Positions 6,809-16,108 of a stretch of 60,251 nucleotides of DNA are shown here, one piece after another. The position numbers and the translations under genes were made by a program. The first letter of the stretch is position 1. Each line of letters starts with the position of its first letter. The notes beneath the pieces were generated by a model that was given only the letters and a program-made list of their open reading frames with translations, was not told the DNA's origin and did not search any database. Source of the DNA: a virus (Duplodnaviria; Caudoviricetes); the IMG/VR virus record IMGVR_UViG_3300037963_001896, positions 1 through 60,251 of that record. One strand, written 5' to 3'.

Positions 6809-8613
6809 ACAAATTATATTTAGATTTTGAAACATTTTACGATGTGGGTTATTCGCTTACAAAGATGACCACAGCAGAATACGTACATTCCCCGGAGTTT
6901 AAAGTCTGGGGTGTAGGTGTTAAATGGAACGACGACCCTCAAAGTGAGTGGTACAGCGAAGACGAAATACCAGAACTGTTTGCACAATACGACTGGGAAG
7001 ATCTTGCTGTTGTATGTCATAACACTTTGTTTGACGCTTATATACTTACACAGATCTACCAGGTTCATCCAGCGTATTACTATGATACTGCTGCAATGAG
7101 TCGAGGTTTGTATCCAAACGAATCAGCAGCGCTTAAAAATGTATGCGAACGTTTATTTCCAGATGATAAGTCAATGCGCAAAGGTGAAGAATTAGTCAAT
7201 GCTAAAGGTATACGCGATCTTGACCCACAACTAGAAACTACAATTGCAGGTTACTGCATACAAGACGTAGATCTTACGTATGAAATCTTCAACAAAATGG
7301 CAGCAGGATATCCGCAAAGTGAACTTGACCTGATAGACCTGACGGTTCGTATGTTTGTCGAACCAAAAATTGTTCTGGACCGTGAACTTTTAATAGAGCA
7401 CAAAGAACAAATAGCAACTGAAACTGCACAGAAAATAGAAAACAGTGGCACCGATCGTGAGACATTAGCATCTCAACCTAAATTTGCAGCATACATTGAG
7501 TCCCTGGGGGTAGTTGTACCTACAAAGAAAAGCCCCAGGACAGGAGAAATGATTCCCGCGTTTAGTAAATCTGACCCTGCATACAATCAAATGATGGCAA
7601 TGCATCCAGAGCACGACAACGTATGGGCTGCTAGAGAAGCAGTGAAATCCCGTATCGAAGAAACAAGAGCAGAACGTTTTCTATCTTCTGCTAACCCAGA
7701 CGGTACGTTTTCCGTGCCGCTACGTTATTACACAGCACACACCGGTAGATTTGGTGGCGCAGAAAAATTAAACCTACAAAATTTACCACGAGGTTCTAAA
7801 TTACGTAGTGCACTCACAGCTCCTGTAGATAAGTATTTATACATTGCAGACTTATCAAACATCGAAGCTCGAATGCTGGCGTGGTTAGCTAACGAAGAGC
7901 CACTGCTCGAGGCGTTTGCAGCAGGAGATGATGTGTACAGTATTTTTGCTTCTGAAATATACAATAAACCTGTTACCAAAGCTGACAAGCTAGAAAGATA
8001 CGTAGGTAAAACAGCTATTTTAGGCCTTGGTTATGGTATGGGTGCCGAAAGATATCAAGGCACACTTAAACAAGGATCACCATCAGTCGACGTAACACTG
8101 ACTACAGCTCAAAGTATTGTTGCTCAATACAGAGGTATGTATCCCAACATCCCCAGGTTGTGGAATGTATGTAAACAATTTTTATATGGAATGATTGATC
8201 GTGCGCAATATGGCAATACATACGGACCTTTGACTGTGTCAAATAATGCCATTCAATTACCTAATAAAATGTTTCTAAAATACCCAAACTTATCTTTCAA
8301 CTCTGGAGAATTTTTATATCAGTCAAGTTATAACAAAGGTCCAATACGTACACACGGTCCCAGGTTGTGTGAAAACATTATCCAGGCTTTAGCTCGTATA
8401 GTTATTACAGATCAAATGCTTGCTATACAAAAACAGCTCGATGAGCTGGATGTCGTACTAACTGTACATGATGAAATTATATGTACAGGCCCTAAAAAAG
8501 ACCCAGATGTGACGTTAGACAAAATTATGGCTATAATGAAAAGTCCACCTGAGTGGTGCGAAAGGTTACCGTTAGATGCTGAAGGGGGTTATAGCGAGGT
8601 CTATGACAAATAA
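6805..8613 (+). CDS. polA: DNA polymerase family A with 3'-5' exonuclease
   Basis: ExoI LDFET, ExoII HNTLFD, TGRF, NLQNLP, motif A DLSNIEAR, motif B KTAILGLGYG, motif C VHDE. Confidence 0.96.
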   Translation: MNKLYLDFETFYDVGYSLTKMTTAEYVHSPEFKVWGVGVKWNDDPQSEWYSEDEIPELFAQYDWEDLAVVCHNTLFDAYILTQIYQVHPAYYYDTAAMSRGLYPNESAALKNVCERLFPDDKSMRKGEELVNAKGIRDLDPQLETTIAGYCIQDVDLTYEIFNKMAAGYPQSELDLIDLTVRMFVEPKIVLDRELLIEHKEQIATETAQKIENSGTDRETLASQPKFAAYIESLGVVVPTKKSPRTGEMIPAFSKSDPAYNQMMAMHPEHDNVWAAREAVKSRIEETRAERFLSSANPDGTFSVPLRYYTAHTGRFGGAEKLNLQNLPRGSKLRSALTAPVDKYLYIADLSNIEARMLAWLANEEPLLEAFAAGDDVYSIFASEIYNKPVTKADKLERYVGKTAILGLGYGMGAERYQGTLKQGSPSVDVTLTTAQSIVAQYRGMYPNIPRLWNVCKQFLYGMIDRAQYGNTYGPLTVSNNAIQLPNKMFLKYPNLSFNSGEFLYQSSYNKGPIRTHGPRLCENIIQALARIVITDQMLAIQKQLDELDVVLTVHDEIICTGPKKDPDVTLDKIMAIMKSPPEWCERLPLDAEGGYSEVYDK

Positions 8614-8799
8614 ATGAGCAATCTGATACTAACGAGAAAGAAGCAAGAATGTATTGTTATTTATGATAAAGATACACCTGACGCTATCTTGTGTGAGATT
8701 GTTGTTACCTCCCTTGGCACTAAACAGGTTAAGTTAGCTTTTGAAGCTGACCCTAATATTAAAATAGACCGAAAGGAAGTTTATGAAGAAAATAAATGA
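8614..8799 (+). CDS. csrA: Carbon storage regulator CsrA-like RNA-binding protein
   Basis: LILTRK...E.I.I...I.V......QVKLAFEA...IKIDRKEVY aligns with CsrA MLILTRR...QVRIGVNAP...VHREEIY. Confidence 0.85.
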   Translation: MSNLILTRKKQECIVIYDKDTPDAILCEIVVTSLGTKQVKLAFEADPNIKIDRKEVYEENK

Positions 8800-8814
8800 A
8801 GAGGGAGTTAAATT

Positions 8815-11295
8815 ATGGAAGTTGTTTTTCTTAAGGCTAAACAACGATTAATTAAAGAAATATCGTTAGAAGGTAAAAAGCCTTACCCATTAGTAAAAAA
8901 TTTTACGTCACATCATCACAAATTTGACAAGACCGAAGAAGGTTTTGACGAGTTTTTCAGTTTACTAAAACAATATGCAAAACAGGGAGCCGCATTACAT
9001 AAAGGGCTTCTGAAACGTAAGTTAAAAAACGAATCAAGAGCGATGCTTACAGACAGAGCCGCTCAAACAGATCTACTTGTATTAGATCTTGATGGAATTG
9101 AATTCCCAATATCATCCAACAAATCAACACTTAGCGAGTTTGATATACAAACTATTGCTGAGCAGTTTGTTACATATCTGCCCCCAGAGTTTCAGGATGT
9201 AAGTTACATTGCACAAGCATCTGCGTCCCTGGGCTTAAAAGGTAACAAAGTTTCTATGCATTTATTCTTTTTACTTAAATACCCCGTGTATCCAAAAGTA
9301 TTAAAAGAGTGGTTTAGGACTTTAAATTACGAAATAGATTTTCTTGCTAATCAATTAAATCTTTCAGCCAACGGTCAAAGCATAGCTTATCCTTTAGATG
9401 TCAGTCTTGCTGATAACTCAAAGTTAATCTATATAGCGCCACCTAAGTTTGTAGGTTTACAAGACCCGATCGCGGGAGACAGGTTTGTATGTATTACTCG
9501 TGGCGAACCGACCGTGGATATAGTTCCATTACTCAAGGATGTAAATCCTGAAAAAGTACACAATTTAGGTGTACAAATTAAAGATGGTTTACGTAAAAAA
9601 GCAGGACTAACTAAGAAAGCCGAACGTATTACTACAGTTAACGTAGGAGGTGAAGCTCAAGAAGTCTTGCAAAACCCAGACAGAATGACAATTGAAGTCT
9701 GTAGGGTTAGTGAACCTTATGTTAACTGCAATATAAACGGAGGAGATAGCGGTGCCTATTATTTCATTCTTACCAACCCTCACTATATGTACAATTTTAA
9801 AGGTGAGCCTGTATTTGAAATACAGAAAGCAGATCCAGAGTTCTACAAAAGCATATTCGACACTTTTGCAGACGAAATGGAAGGAGGTAAAGACGCACGA
9901 CCAGTAATACTTAGAGATTACTACACGGATACTTTTTACAACGGCGTATTTGATAAAGGTAAAGAACAATTTACCGATGACTTTCCACTTACACCTACAC
10001 AAAAAGGATCCCTGGAAGGGTTTATGCGTACACATAACCGTCCAATGCCAGACTTTGTTCCGGACGCCCAAGTTGTATTTGATCCATCTTCTGGCAAAGG
10101 TATTCAAATGGATACAGCTCCGTACTACGTTAATCTATTTAGAAAAACACAGTACATGCTAGCTGCAGAACAAGAACTACCTGAAGTTAAATACGGAGAA
10201 TCAGAAAACTTTAAGAAATATGTTCCTCTTTCTTACAAACTTATCCAACAGATACTCGGCGGCGGTGTAACAGAAACAGAACATTTCGTTAATTGGCTTG
10301 CTTATATTTACCAAAAGAAACAAAAAACCATGACTGCATGGATACTTACAGGTGTCCCTGGGACTGGTAAAGGTTTATTTGTACATAAAATACTTAAACC
10401 TTTGTTTGGTGAGTCGCAAGTTCCTATGCGTTCATTAGAAAACATAGAAGAACAATTTAATTTATATATGCGTATGGCTTTATTTTTAGTTGTTGATGAA
10501 TTTCGTATGGGAGACTCCGGCAACATAGGCCGTATGGCAGACAAACTTAAACATCAAATTACAGAACCAACGCTCACTGTACGTGCTATGCGTGCAAACC
10601 AAGTTGAGCTGCCCAGCTATTGTAATTTTTTGTTTCTTACAAACAGAGCTGACGCTGTCAAAATAGAAGACGGTGACAGACGTTACAACGTAGCTCCCAG
10701 GCAAGAACGTAAGTTAGAAAAAACATTCCCTGAATTACTTACACGACTGGAAGATCTGGATAAAGAATTGTATTTATTTGCAGGTCTTTTAGAAAAGTTT
10801 CAGGTAGACGAACGTATGGCACATACAGCATTAGATAATGATGCCAAGCGTGATATGAAGTTAGTCAGTATGTCTGTTCTAGAAGAATTTGCTAATGCAA
10901 TTAAACAAAACAACCTGGAGTACTTTGTAGAAATATTAGATATACCACTTACAAACACGTTTGATGCCGGTGGTATAAGTACATCACAAAGATACATTAA
11001 AAATTGGATTGCTACAGAAGGTGAAGAAACGATAATACCTATGCAGCATCTAAAAGTCGTGTATGATGTACTAACAGATAACAAAAAAGTGTTATCTATT
11101 AGAGACTTTACGAAGGCTATGAGTAGATTAAGCATCACAACCACCCGTAAAAGAATGGGCGAAGGTGAAAATAAATCAGCTCCAAGAGGTGTATTAATTA
11201 CTTGGGTCTTAGATAAAGAAGTAAAAGAGTCTGTTCTTAACGAACATTTCGATAAGAAAGACATGGAACTTACTAGGAATACAGCGACACACTAA
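8815..11295 (+). CDS. Primase-helicase (C-terminal SF3/DUF5906-like helicase)
   Basis: GVPGTGKG Walker A, VVDE, FLTN, DRRY; N-terminal LDLD and MHLFF motifs are AEP-like. Confidence 0.85.
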   Translation: MEVVFLKAKQRLIKEISLEGKKPYPLVKNFTSHHHKFDKTEEGFDEFFSLLKQYAKQGAALHKGLLKRKLKNESRAMLTDRAAQTDLLVLDLDGIEFPISSNKSTLSEFDIQTIAEQFVTYLPPEFQDVSYIAQASASLGLKGNKVSMHLFFLLKYPVYPKVLKEWFRTLNYEIDFLANQLNLSANGQSIAYPLDVSLADNSKLIYIAPPKFVGLQDPIAGDRFVCITRGEPTVDIVPLLKDVNPEKVHNLGVQIKDGLRKKAGLTKKAERITTVNVGGEAQEVLQNPDRMTIEVCRVSEPYVNCNINGGDSGAYYFILTNPHYMYNFKGEPVFEIQKADPEFYKSIFDTFADEMEGGKDARPVILRDYYTDTFYNGVFDKGKEQFTDDFPLTPTQKGSLEGFMRTHNRPMPDFVPDAQVVFDPSSGKGIQMDTAPYYVNLFRKTQYMLAAEQELPEVKYGESENFKKYVPLSYKLIQQILGGGVTETEHFVNWLAYIYQKKQKTMTAWILTGVPGTGKGLFVHKILKPLFGESQVPMRSLENIEEQFNLYMRMALFLVVDEFRMGDSGNIGRMADKLKHQITEPTLTVRAMRANQVELPSYCNFLFLTNRADAVKIEDGDRRYNVAPRQERKLEKTFPELLTRLEDLDKELYLFAGLLEKFQVDERMAHTALDNDAKRDMKLVSMSVLEEFANAIKQNNLEYFVEILDIPLTNTFDAGGISTSQRYIKNWIATEGEETIIPMQHLKVVYDVLTDNKKVLSIRDFTKAMSRLSITTTRKRMGEGENKSAPRGVLITWVLDKEVKESVLNEHFDKKDMELTRNTATH

Positions 11296-11298
11296 TAT

Positions 11299-12054
11299 AT
11301 GTCAAAGCTTGTACAAGACAAGCGTCCAGATCTAGAGAATGTAATAGCAACGGACGCCCCAAAGGAGTTGGGACTCATACCAGCCTGGTCTCACTCGACT
11401 TTAAAAACATTTGAAACATGCGCTTATCGTAGTTACATCGCTAAAGTCAAACGTGTACAAGAAGACTTTGGACCTGCTGCAGCTCGTGGTAGTGACATCC
11501 ATGAAAAAGCTGAACATTATGTCAACGGTACTCTTGGTGAGTTTCCACAAGAATTAAAAAAATTCGAAAGTCAATTTAAAACACTCAGACAACTTTTTAT
11601 AGAAGCTAAAGTAGAGCTAGAAGGAGAGTGGGGGTTTACAGTTGACTGGGAACCTTGCGGTTGGTTAGAGCCTGTTACCTGGGCACGTATTAAATTAGAC
11701 GCAATGGTACACGAAACTGAAACATCAGCTCGTGTAATTGATTACAAAACAGGTAAAAAATTTGGTAATGAGATAAGTCATTCACAGCAAGCATTGACTT
11801 ATGCTATCGGTAGTTTTTTTCGGTATCCAGAACTACAACACGTACAAACCGAGTTGTGGTATCTAGATCAAAATGAAACAACCATACAAGCTTATACTAG
11901 GGACGAAGCAATGTTGTTTATGCCTAAACTCCACCAGCGAGCTGTAGCTATGACAACTGCAACTAGTTTTCCTCCGAACCCATCTAATTATAATTGTAAA
12001 TGGTGTTCGTATAAGGAAGGCGAATACCCGCATTGCCAACACGGCATAACATAA
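11299..12054 (+). CDS. PD-(D/E)XK exonuclease (Cas4/RecB-like)
   Basis: WSHS...C, G..IH, LD...IDYKTG, Q...Y, C-terminal CKWC...C. Confidence 0.88.
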   Translation: MSKLVQDKRPDLENVIATDAPKELGLIPAWSHSTLKTFETCAYRSYIAKVKRVQEDFGPAAARGSDIHEKAEHYVNGTLGEFPQELKKFESQFKTLRQLFIEAKVELEGEWGFTVDWEPCGWLEPVTWARIKLDAMVHETETSARVIDYKTGKKFGNEISHSQQALTYAIGSFFRYPELQHVQTELWYLDQNETTIQAYTRDEAMLFMPKLHQRAVAMTTATSFPPNPSNYNCKWCSYKEGEYPHCQHGIT

Positions 12055-12062
12055 AGTATAAT
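12033..12062 (+). promoter_or_regulatory. Sigma70-like promoter
   Basis: TTGCCA-N18-TATAAT upstream of the helicase. Confidence 0.5.
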
Positions 12063-12069
12063 GAAATGA

Positions 12070-12109
12070 TAAATACAGTAATAAATACAGTACTAAATAA
12101 CAAATACAG
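12070..12109 (+). repeat. Short direct repeats AAATACAG x3
   Basis: Copies at 12071, 12083, 12102. Confidence 0.7.
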
Positions 12110-12117
12110 GATTAAAT

Positions 12118-13494
12118 ATGAAATTAAATTCAGCGCCCGCGTACGCCCATCAAACTGACACCACCGATTTTATTCTCAAAAACCCTAGATGTTTAATTAC
12201 ATCTGACCCTGGCACAGGTAAGACTCGCTCTGTATTAGACGCTATTGCTCAAACCGATAGTGTCACTTTAGTTATCGCTCCGCTGTCTATTCTCGAAGCA
12301 GCTTGGGTAGATGACATCAAAAAGTTTCAACCCACCCTAACTTATGGAGTAGCTTATGCTAAAAACCGTCAAAAAATATTCGCTGACCAAGACCTTGATG
12401 TGGTCATTACTAACTTCGAAGCTGTCAACTATCTATCTAAAGATCCATCAATACTTGCACGATTCAATACGTTGGTGGTTGATGAATTCACAGCCTTTAA
12501 AAACAAGGATTCAAAACGATCCAAAAATCTTAGAAAGATTGTGTCACATTTTGATACCCGTATTTTTATGTCTGGTACTCCTAACACCAATACTATTCTT
12601 GACGTCTGGCACCCCACACTGTGTGTAGATGACGGTAAACGATTAGGTGAGCGTTATTATTCTTTTAGACATCAAGTATGCACGCCTAAGTTCAATGGTT
12701 TTGCTAATGAATGGATAGACAAGCCAGGTATAGAAGAGACCGTGGCCCATAAACTTAGTGACATCAATATCCGATACGCACTAGAAGATTGTATAGATCT
12801 ACCCGATAACACGACTCGTGTAATGCATACAGATCTTACACCTGCTGTTCAGCGCATGTATAAAACGCTAGCAGAGGAGTCTGTTTTATACACCAAACAA
12901 GGCACAATTAACGCAGTTAACGCTGGAGCACGTGTTAAGAAGCTCCTGCAGCTAGTTTCAGGTGCAGTGTACGATGAGCTAGGTGATGCCAAATACATCC
13001 ATCAGCAAAGATATGACATGATTATAGATCTTGTAGATGTACGTAAACACACTTTAGTAGCATTCAACTGGCGTCACGAGCGTGATGCTTTAGTACAACT
13101 AGCCAAGAAAAAAGGTTTTAGTTACGCAGTTATTGATGGTGAGACAGATGCCCACAAACGTGTAGATATTGTACAACGGTTCCAAGCAGGACAAATCAAA
13201 GTACTGTTTGCACACCCACAATCCGCCAGCCACGGGTTAACACTAACAAAAGCTACTACCTGCATATGGTGCAGTCCCACCTACAATGCAGAACATTTTC
13301 AGCAGTTTAACCGACGTATACATAGGTCTGGTCAAACAAGTAAAACTGAAACAATACTTATTGCAGCACGTAATACCTGGGAAGAAACAGTGTATGAAAA
13401 GCTCAATGGGAAACTGGGCAAGATGGAAAATCTTCTCCATATTTTAAATCAATTACATAATCAGGAGGTTTGTAATGGAAAAGAATCTGAATGA
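12118..13494 (+). CDS. SNF2-like SF2 helicase
   Basis: DPGTGKT, VVDEFT, MSGTP, HGLTL, QFNRRIHRSGQ. Confidence 0.92.
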   Translation: MKLNSAPAYAHQTDTTDFILKNPRCLITSDPGTGKTRSVLDAIAQTDSVTLVIAPLSILEAAWVDDIKKFQPTLTYGVAYAKNRQKIFADQDLDVVITNFEAVNYLSKDPSILARFNTLVVDEFTAFKNKDSKRSKNLRKIVSHFDTRIFMSGTPNTNTILDVWHPTLCVDDGKRLGERYYSFRHQVCTPKFNGFANEWIDKPGIEETVAHKLSDINIRYALEDCIDLPDNTTRVMHTDLTPAVQRMYKTLAEESVLYTKQGTINAVNAGARVKKLLQLVSGAVYDELGDAKYIHQQRYDMIIDLVDVRKHTLVAFNWRHERDALVQLAKKKGFSYAVIDGETDAHKRVDIVQRFQAGQIKVLFAHPQSASHGLTLTKATTCIWCSPTYNAEHFQQFNRRIHRSGQTSKTETILIAARNTWEETVYEKLNGKLGKMENLLHILNQLHNQEVCNGKESE

Positions 13495-13846
13495 GCTAAT
13501 GGACGAATTAGCTTCTGTTCGCGGTGAAATTAAAACAATCCAAGAACAGGAGAAAGCCTTAAAGCTTAATCAAAACGATCTCGAAAGCGCAATCATGCAC
13601 AAGATGGAAGAGCAAGGTCTCGACCAGATTGCGAATGATGTATGTACTATTTCTAAAAAAATAGAAACAGTGCCTACAGTAGAAGACTGGGAAGCTGTGC
13701 ATAAACACATACTGGATACAAACCAGTTTGAGTTGTTACAGAAACGCATGTCTGCTACTGCTTGGAGAGAGCTTTCACAAATGGGACAAAATGTTCCAGG
13801 AGTAAAAGCAACGGAGCTTACCAAGATTAATTATCGAAGTAAGTAA
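13475..13846 (+). CDS. Coiled-coil replication-module protein
   Basis: AGGAGG RBS; helical ORF ending VPGV. Confidence 0.75.
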   Translation: MEKNLNELMDELASVRGEIKTIQEQEKALKLNQNDLESAIMHKMEEQGLDQIANDVCTISKKIETVPTVEDWEAVHKHILDTNQFELLQKRMSATAWRELSQMGQNVPGVKATELTKINYRSK

Positions 13847-13876
13847 ACATTAACCATGAAAGAAGGAAGGTGAACC

Positions 13877-14569
13877 ATGGCTGAAGAAAAAAGCACAGCT
13901 GTATCCTTAGTCTCTAAAGCCGTGCCAGCGCACGTAAAAGAGGCTTCGGGCCTTGGAAACGAAAATGTTTCCACCGAACACCTACAGACCCCTAGGGTAA
14001 AACTACTTCAACAAATGAATAGCGAGGTTGATGAAAATCACGACGCTTATGTTGAAGGGGCTAAACCCGGTGATCTGTTAAACACGGTGACCAACGAAAT
14101 CTACGGTAAAGAAATATACGTTATTAACGTACATTTCACCGAAGACTTTGTCGTTTGGAGAAAACGTGAGAAAGGTGGCGGTCTTGTAGCTAGTTGCGCG
14201 TCAAGGGTTGAAGCGGATGAAGCCATCTCTACACAGGACGGTAGTCCAGATGACTTTGAGATAATCCAAACTCAATCCCATTTGTTGATTCGCAAAGATG
14301 CTGAAACAGGAGAGATTGATTCTACTCCGTTCCTTATGGATTTCGCATCTTCTAAGCTAAGAGTATCTCGTGAATGGAACACGCAGATTGCTCAGCTTGG
14401 CGGCGACAGGTTTTCTACTCTTTGGAAAGTCTCTGCTGTGTCTACACAGAATAGAGCCGGTCAAAAATTTCAAAACCTTAGTGTTATGAAAGAAGGCTGG
14501 GTTACAGATGACGACTACGAAGTAGCTAAGAAAGTCTACAAGAGCGTTTCAGGTAACACAGGAGCCTAA
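13877..14569 (+). CDS. Putative ssDNA-binding protein
   Basis: Position in the replication module; PRVKLLQ...S.EV...GAKPGD pattern; function inferred. Confidence 0.55.
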   Translation: MAEEKSTAVSLVSKAVPAHVKEASGLGNENVSTEHLQTPRVKLLQQMNSEVDENHDAYVEGAKPGDLLNTVTNEIYGKEIYVINVHFTEDFVVWRKREKGGGLVASCASRVEADEAISTQDGSPDDFEIIQTQSHLLIRKDAETGEIDSTPFLMDFASSKLRVSREWNTQIAQLGGDRFSTLWKVSAVSTQNRAGQKFQNLSVMKEGWVTDDDYEVAKKVYKSVSGNTGA

Positions 14570-14577
14570 ATAACTGT

Positions 14578-14626
14578 GTGCGTACATGGTGCGACACCAC
14601 ATGTCGCATCGTGTACGTATTTTTTA
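14578..14626 (+). terminator. Long-stem terminator
   Basis: gtgcgtacatggtgcgaca-ccaca-tgtcgcatcgtgtacgtat followed by a T run. Confidence 0.75.
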
Positions 14627-14641
14627 TGTTATCCTAAAGCC

Positions 14642-15046
14642 GTGAACGAAACCGGCTTTATAAAAAAAGTTAATAGATCTTTATCTACTAACATATATAA
14701 GTGGAAGATTAACGATCCTTACCATGGAGGTGTGCCTGACGTTTACTACAGTGGTCCTGCTGGAATGTGCTTTGTAGAATACAAATACAAACCAAAACTA
14801 CCAGCTAGGCCTTCATCAAAATTAGACTTTGGACTATCTAAACAACAAGAACTTTGGCTTACAAACCAGGTAAAAAACCAGGTGTCCGTGTACGTATTAG
14901 CTGGGTGTGAAGATAAAGTAGTTAAAGTCAGCAATAATTTTGCAAAAGTAAATGAATACACCAAAGAAACATTTTTAGAAGACGCTATGGAATTTGAACA
15001 AGCAGTCTTTTTATTAAACACACGTTTAGGAGGAACGGATGAGTGA
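14642..15046 (+). CDS. VRR-NUC / Holliday junction resolvase-like nuclease
   Basis: E..F...V, GVPD, FVEYK, LSKQQELW; start moved to GTG 14642 downstream of the hairpin. Confidence 0.8.
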   Translation: MNETGFIKKVNRSLSTNIYKWKINDPYHGGVPDVYYSGPAGMCFVEYKYKPKLPARPSSKLDFGLSKQQELWLTNQVKNQVSVYVLAGCEDKVVKVSNNFAKVNEYTKETFLEDAMEFEQAVFLLNTRLGGTDE

Positions 15047-15263
15047 AATTGATATGGTCAATAGTCCACCGCATTACAACGACGGTGACATTGAATGCAT
15101 AGACGCAATTGAAGCATCAATGACAAAACAAGCATTTAGAGGCTATTTAAAAGGAAATATGCTAAAGTACATTTGGAGATACGAAAACAAAGGAGGCAAA
15201 GAGGACCTTGATAAAGCAGATTGGTACCTTACAAAGCTTAGAAGGTCATTCTTGGAAGAATAA
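15039..15263 (+). CDS. DUF3310 (SaV-like) protein
   Basis: DMVNSPPHY...IECID...GNMLKYIWRYENKGGKEDLDKADWYL. Confidence 0.9.
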   Translation: MSEIDMVNSPPHYNDGDIECIDAIEASMTKQAFRGYLKGNMLKYIWRYENKGGKEDLDKADWYLTKLRRSFLEE

Positions 15264-15692
15264 ATGTACGAATATAATTGCACGGTTGAACGAGTTGTTG
15301 ATGGGGACACTATTGATGTTGTTCTCGATCTTGGTTTTTCTGTGCTTTATAAGTCTAGGGTGCGTTTATATGCTATTGATACTCCCGAGTCACGTACTCG
15401 TGACAAAGACGAAAAAGTTCGTGGAAAAATGGCTAGCAAGTTTCTTTCAGATGCTGTTAGCAGTGGTTCTGTCGTTATAAGAACTCAATTAAAAGATTCT
15501 AAAGGTAAGTATGGGCGCGTGTTAGGCACAGTAGTGGTTGACGGCGTTGATATAAACCAGGCTATGTGCGATAACTTCTTAGCTGTGCCATATCACGGAC
15601 AAAACAAAGCTGCAGTAGAAGCTGCACATTTAGTTAATAGAGAAAAACTTATTGAATTAGGGCAGTTCGACCCTGCTACCGTTTCTTCCTAG
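15264..15692 (+). CDS. Thermonuclease (SNase-like) family protein
   Basis: RVVDGDTID, RVRLYAIDTPE, GKYGRVLG. Confidence 0.9.
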   Translation: MYEYNCTVERVVDGDTIDVVLDLGFSVLYKSRVRLYAIDTPESRTRDKDEKVRGKMASKFLSDAVSSGSVVIRTQLKDSKGKYGRVLGTVVVDGVDINQAMCDNFLAVPYHGQNKAAVEAAHLVNREKLIELGQFDPATVSS

Positions 15693-15924
15693 CTGTTTTT
15701 GTACGCGCAAAAGATCTATTGTGGCTTCTGTGCCGCACTACTGTATTACTTGGAGAATTATTAAAAGGGTTCCCATCTTTGTGATGTATGTCTTTATCAT
15801 CACCTTTTTTTACTATGCCAGCACGTAACGCGGCCCGCCTGGCGTTGTTACGTTTGGCACGTCTTTTTTTCTGAGCAGTACTCCCTTGGTAGTTATCGTA
15901 TTCTTTGCGATAATTTCTAGCCAC
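15676..15924 (-). CDS. Small HNH endonuclease-like protein
   Basis: KDIHHKDGNPFNNSPSN...HNRS. Confidence 0.75.
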   Translation of the reverse strand: MARNYRKEYDNYQGSTAQKKRRAKRNNARRAALRAGIVKKGDDKDIHHKDGNPFNNSPSNTVVRHRSHNRSFARTKTARKKR

Positions 15925-16086
15925 TTACTTGTCCTTTGCTTTTCCTATATTCAAAGCCAAGAAATCTATGACTTTATATAGCTTAGCTAAAAGTTTATCT
16001 CCTTGTGGGGTTGGTGTAATTGCTGCTACGAAAGACGCAATAGCAATAATAGACGTAATCCACATAAATATGTTGATATATAGCAT
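15925..16086 (-). CDS. Small membrane protein, possible holin (53 aa; not in ORF track)
   Basis: AGGAGG RBS; MLYINIFMWITSIIAIASFVAAITPTPQGDKLLAKLYKVIDFLALNIGKAKDK. Confidence 0.7.
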   Translation of the reverse strand: MLYINIFMWITSIIAIASFVAAITPTPQGDKLLAKLYKVIDFLALNIGKAKDK

Positions 16087-16108
16087 AAGTTCTTACCTCC
16101 TATTAACA

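Noticed and set aside
11299-12054. cas4 as part of a CRISPR system
   Set aside because: A solo PD-(D/E)XK nuclease in the replication module; no cas1/cas2 and no array
14576-14641. N-terminal extension of the 14576 ORF
   Set aside because: It coincides with a terminator hairpin; the nuclease-like sequence begins at GTG 14642
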